A stretch of DNA of 63,376 bases, counting the filler, from Reticulomyxa filosa (taxonomy: Eukaryota; Protista; Foraminifera): the NCBI GenBank assembly GCA_000512085.1. It is 18 parts of 18 records of this genome, joined end to end, with 100 filler letters (N's around TTAATTAATTAA, not from the genome) between each part and the next. Parts side by side here need not be neighbours in the genome. Positions count along the whole stretch, not along the records: positions 60,840 to 63,376 come from ASPP01019093.1; 17 more parts are not named here. One strand, given 5' to 3'. Position numbers and translations under genes: made by a program. The number at the start of each line of letters is the position of its first letter. Position 1 is the stretch's first letter. This document shows positions 62,701 to 63,376 of this stretch, piece by piece. The notes below the pieces were generated by a model. It worked only from the letters and a program-made list of their open reading frames with translations. It ran no database searches and had not been told where the DNA came from.

Positions 62701-63376
62701 AATAACGACAAACTTTCCAAAGGATCCATTACCGCAACAAGGCTCTTGTAACAGAAGTTAACAGATTGCGATTGTAAGCATCACCAGATGCCATTCCAGT
62801 TGTTTACCTGTTGTCGATAGAATATAGAGGTGGACCCCACAAAGAATGTAGTTCCAACAGATTTATCTGTGGTGAAGTATTAGCCGCCAAGTTGGTGACT
62901 AATTTTGACTCTCAATACCTAAGAGTTGATAGGCATATACATATGTATACATATATATGTATATACTGTTTTTATAGAATAAAGTGGGGAGATGGAGGTG
63001 CACATAATTCAATCTGACAACAAACAGTTGCAAACCAAAAAGCGGAATCAAAGACAATTGATAAAATATTTGGATGATTTGAATCAGCAACAAATACTAG
63101 TTAAATGAAGAGGGAAATTAGAATGATATGAAGGAATAGACAAAAGATATTGTGACGGACATTGTAAACGTATAAAATTAAATAAAAACATAAAATATAA
63201 AAAAAAAGAAGATGATATTTCTGCCACGGATGAATGAGTTGTATCACTTGAGTCCGTGGTGAAAGCGGCCAAGTCGAGCGCATTGAGCTTATTCAAGCCC
63301 ATGAGTGAGATAATGGAAATCTCGATTGCAAGCGCGTGGATCCAGTTGATCTTTGATTACTTGCCCTTTTACAAAC
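59760..63376 (-). pseudogene. Decayed coding-like fragments on the last two contigs, unassigned
   Basis: Short minus ORFs (60155-59820, 61731-61537, 61436-61224, 63302-63084) with coding-like GC content but frequent stops. Confidence 0.2.

Noticed and set aside
1-63376. Alternative genetic code (stop codon reassignment) explaining in-frame stops
   Set aside because: Conserved genes (USP, RPL17, RPS30, IST1, ABC1) have no internal stops; genes end in TAA, TAG (C2H2) or TGA (DUF179). Internal stops co-occur with frameshifts only in relics.
1-63376. tRNA or rRNA genes, prokaryotic operons or defence systems
   Set aside because: None recognised by eye, and the genes are spliced eukaryotic genes. 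tRNAscan-SE and Infernal were not run.

Overview
This is not one contiguous locus. It is 18 short contigs joined by 17 identical artificial 100-bp spacers (N44-TTAATTAATTAA-N44). The DNA is from an AT-rich, intron-rich eukaryote with GT-AG introns and the standard code. The expanded WD40 and Kelch-like families and the many decayed gene copies resemble the foraminiferan Reticulomyxa filosa; this is my inference, not a database result. Recognisable genes: CDC50/LEM3, an atypical ARF GTPase, a USP4/11/15-like deubiquitinase with a Tudor/chromo-barrel domain, a PTxxP-VWD surface protein, an EXOG-like nuclease, an SMP-domain protein, a three-finger C2H2 protein, a divergent mitochondrial uS11, a DUF179/YqgE protein, an ADCK2-like ABC1 kinase, an F-box/LRR protein, RPL17, RPS30, IST1, and an ADCY10-like STAND C-terminus with a PH domain. 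Pseudogenes include ubiquitin, M20 peptidase, WD40, Kelch-like and possibly VPS13. The most notable observations are: (1) an IST1 built as myristoylation motif-ESCRT-III core-PDZ-Pex14_N-like-PPxY-MIM2/MIM1; (2) many introns that are U-rich at the 5' end and A-rich at the 3' end, with no polypyrimidine tract; (3) an SRGH/Wing-type EXOG outside animals; (4) an ARF with the catalytic Gln replaced by Lys and a long insertion. Exon structures and domain calls were made by eye and need HMM and RNA-seq confirmation.
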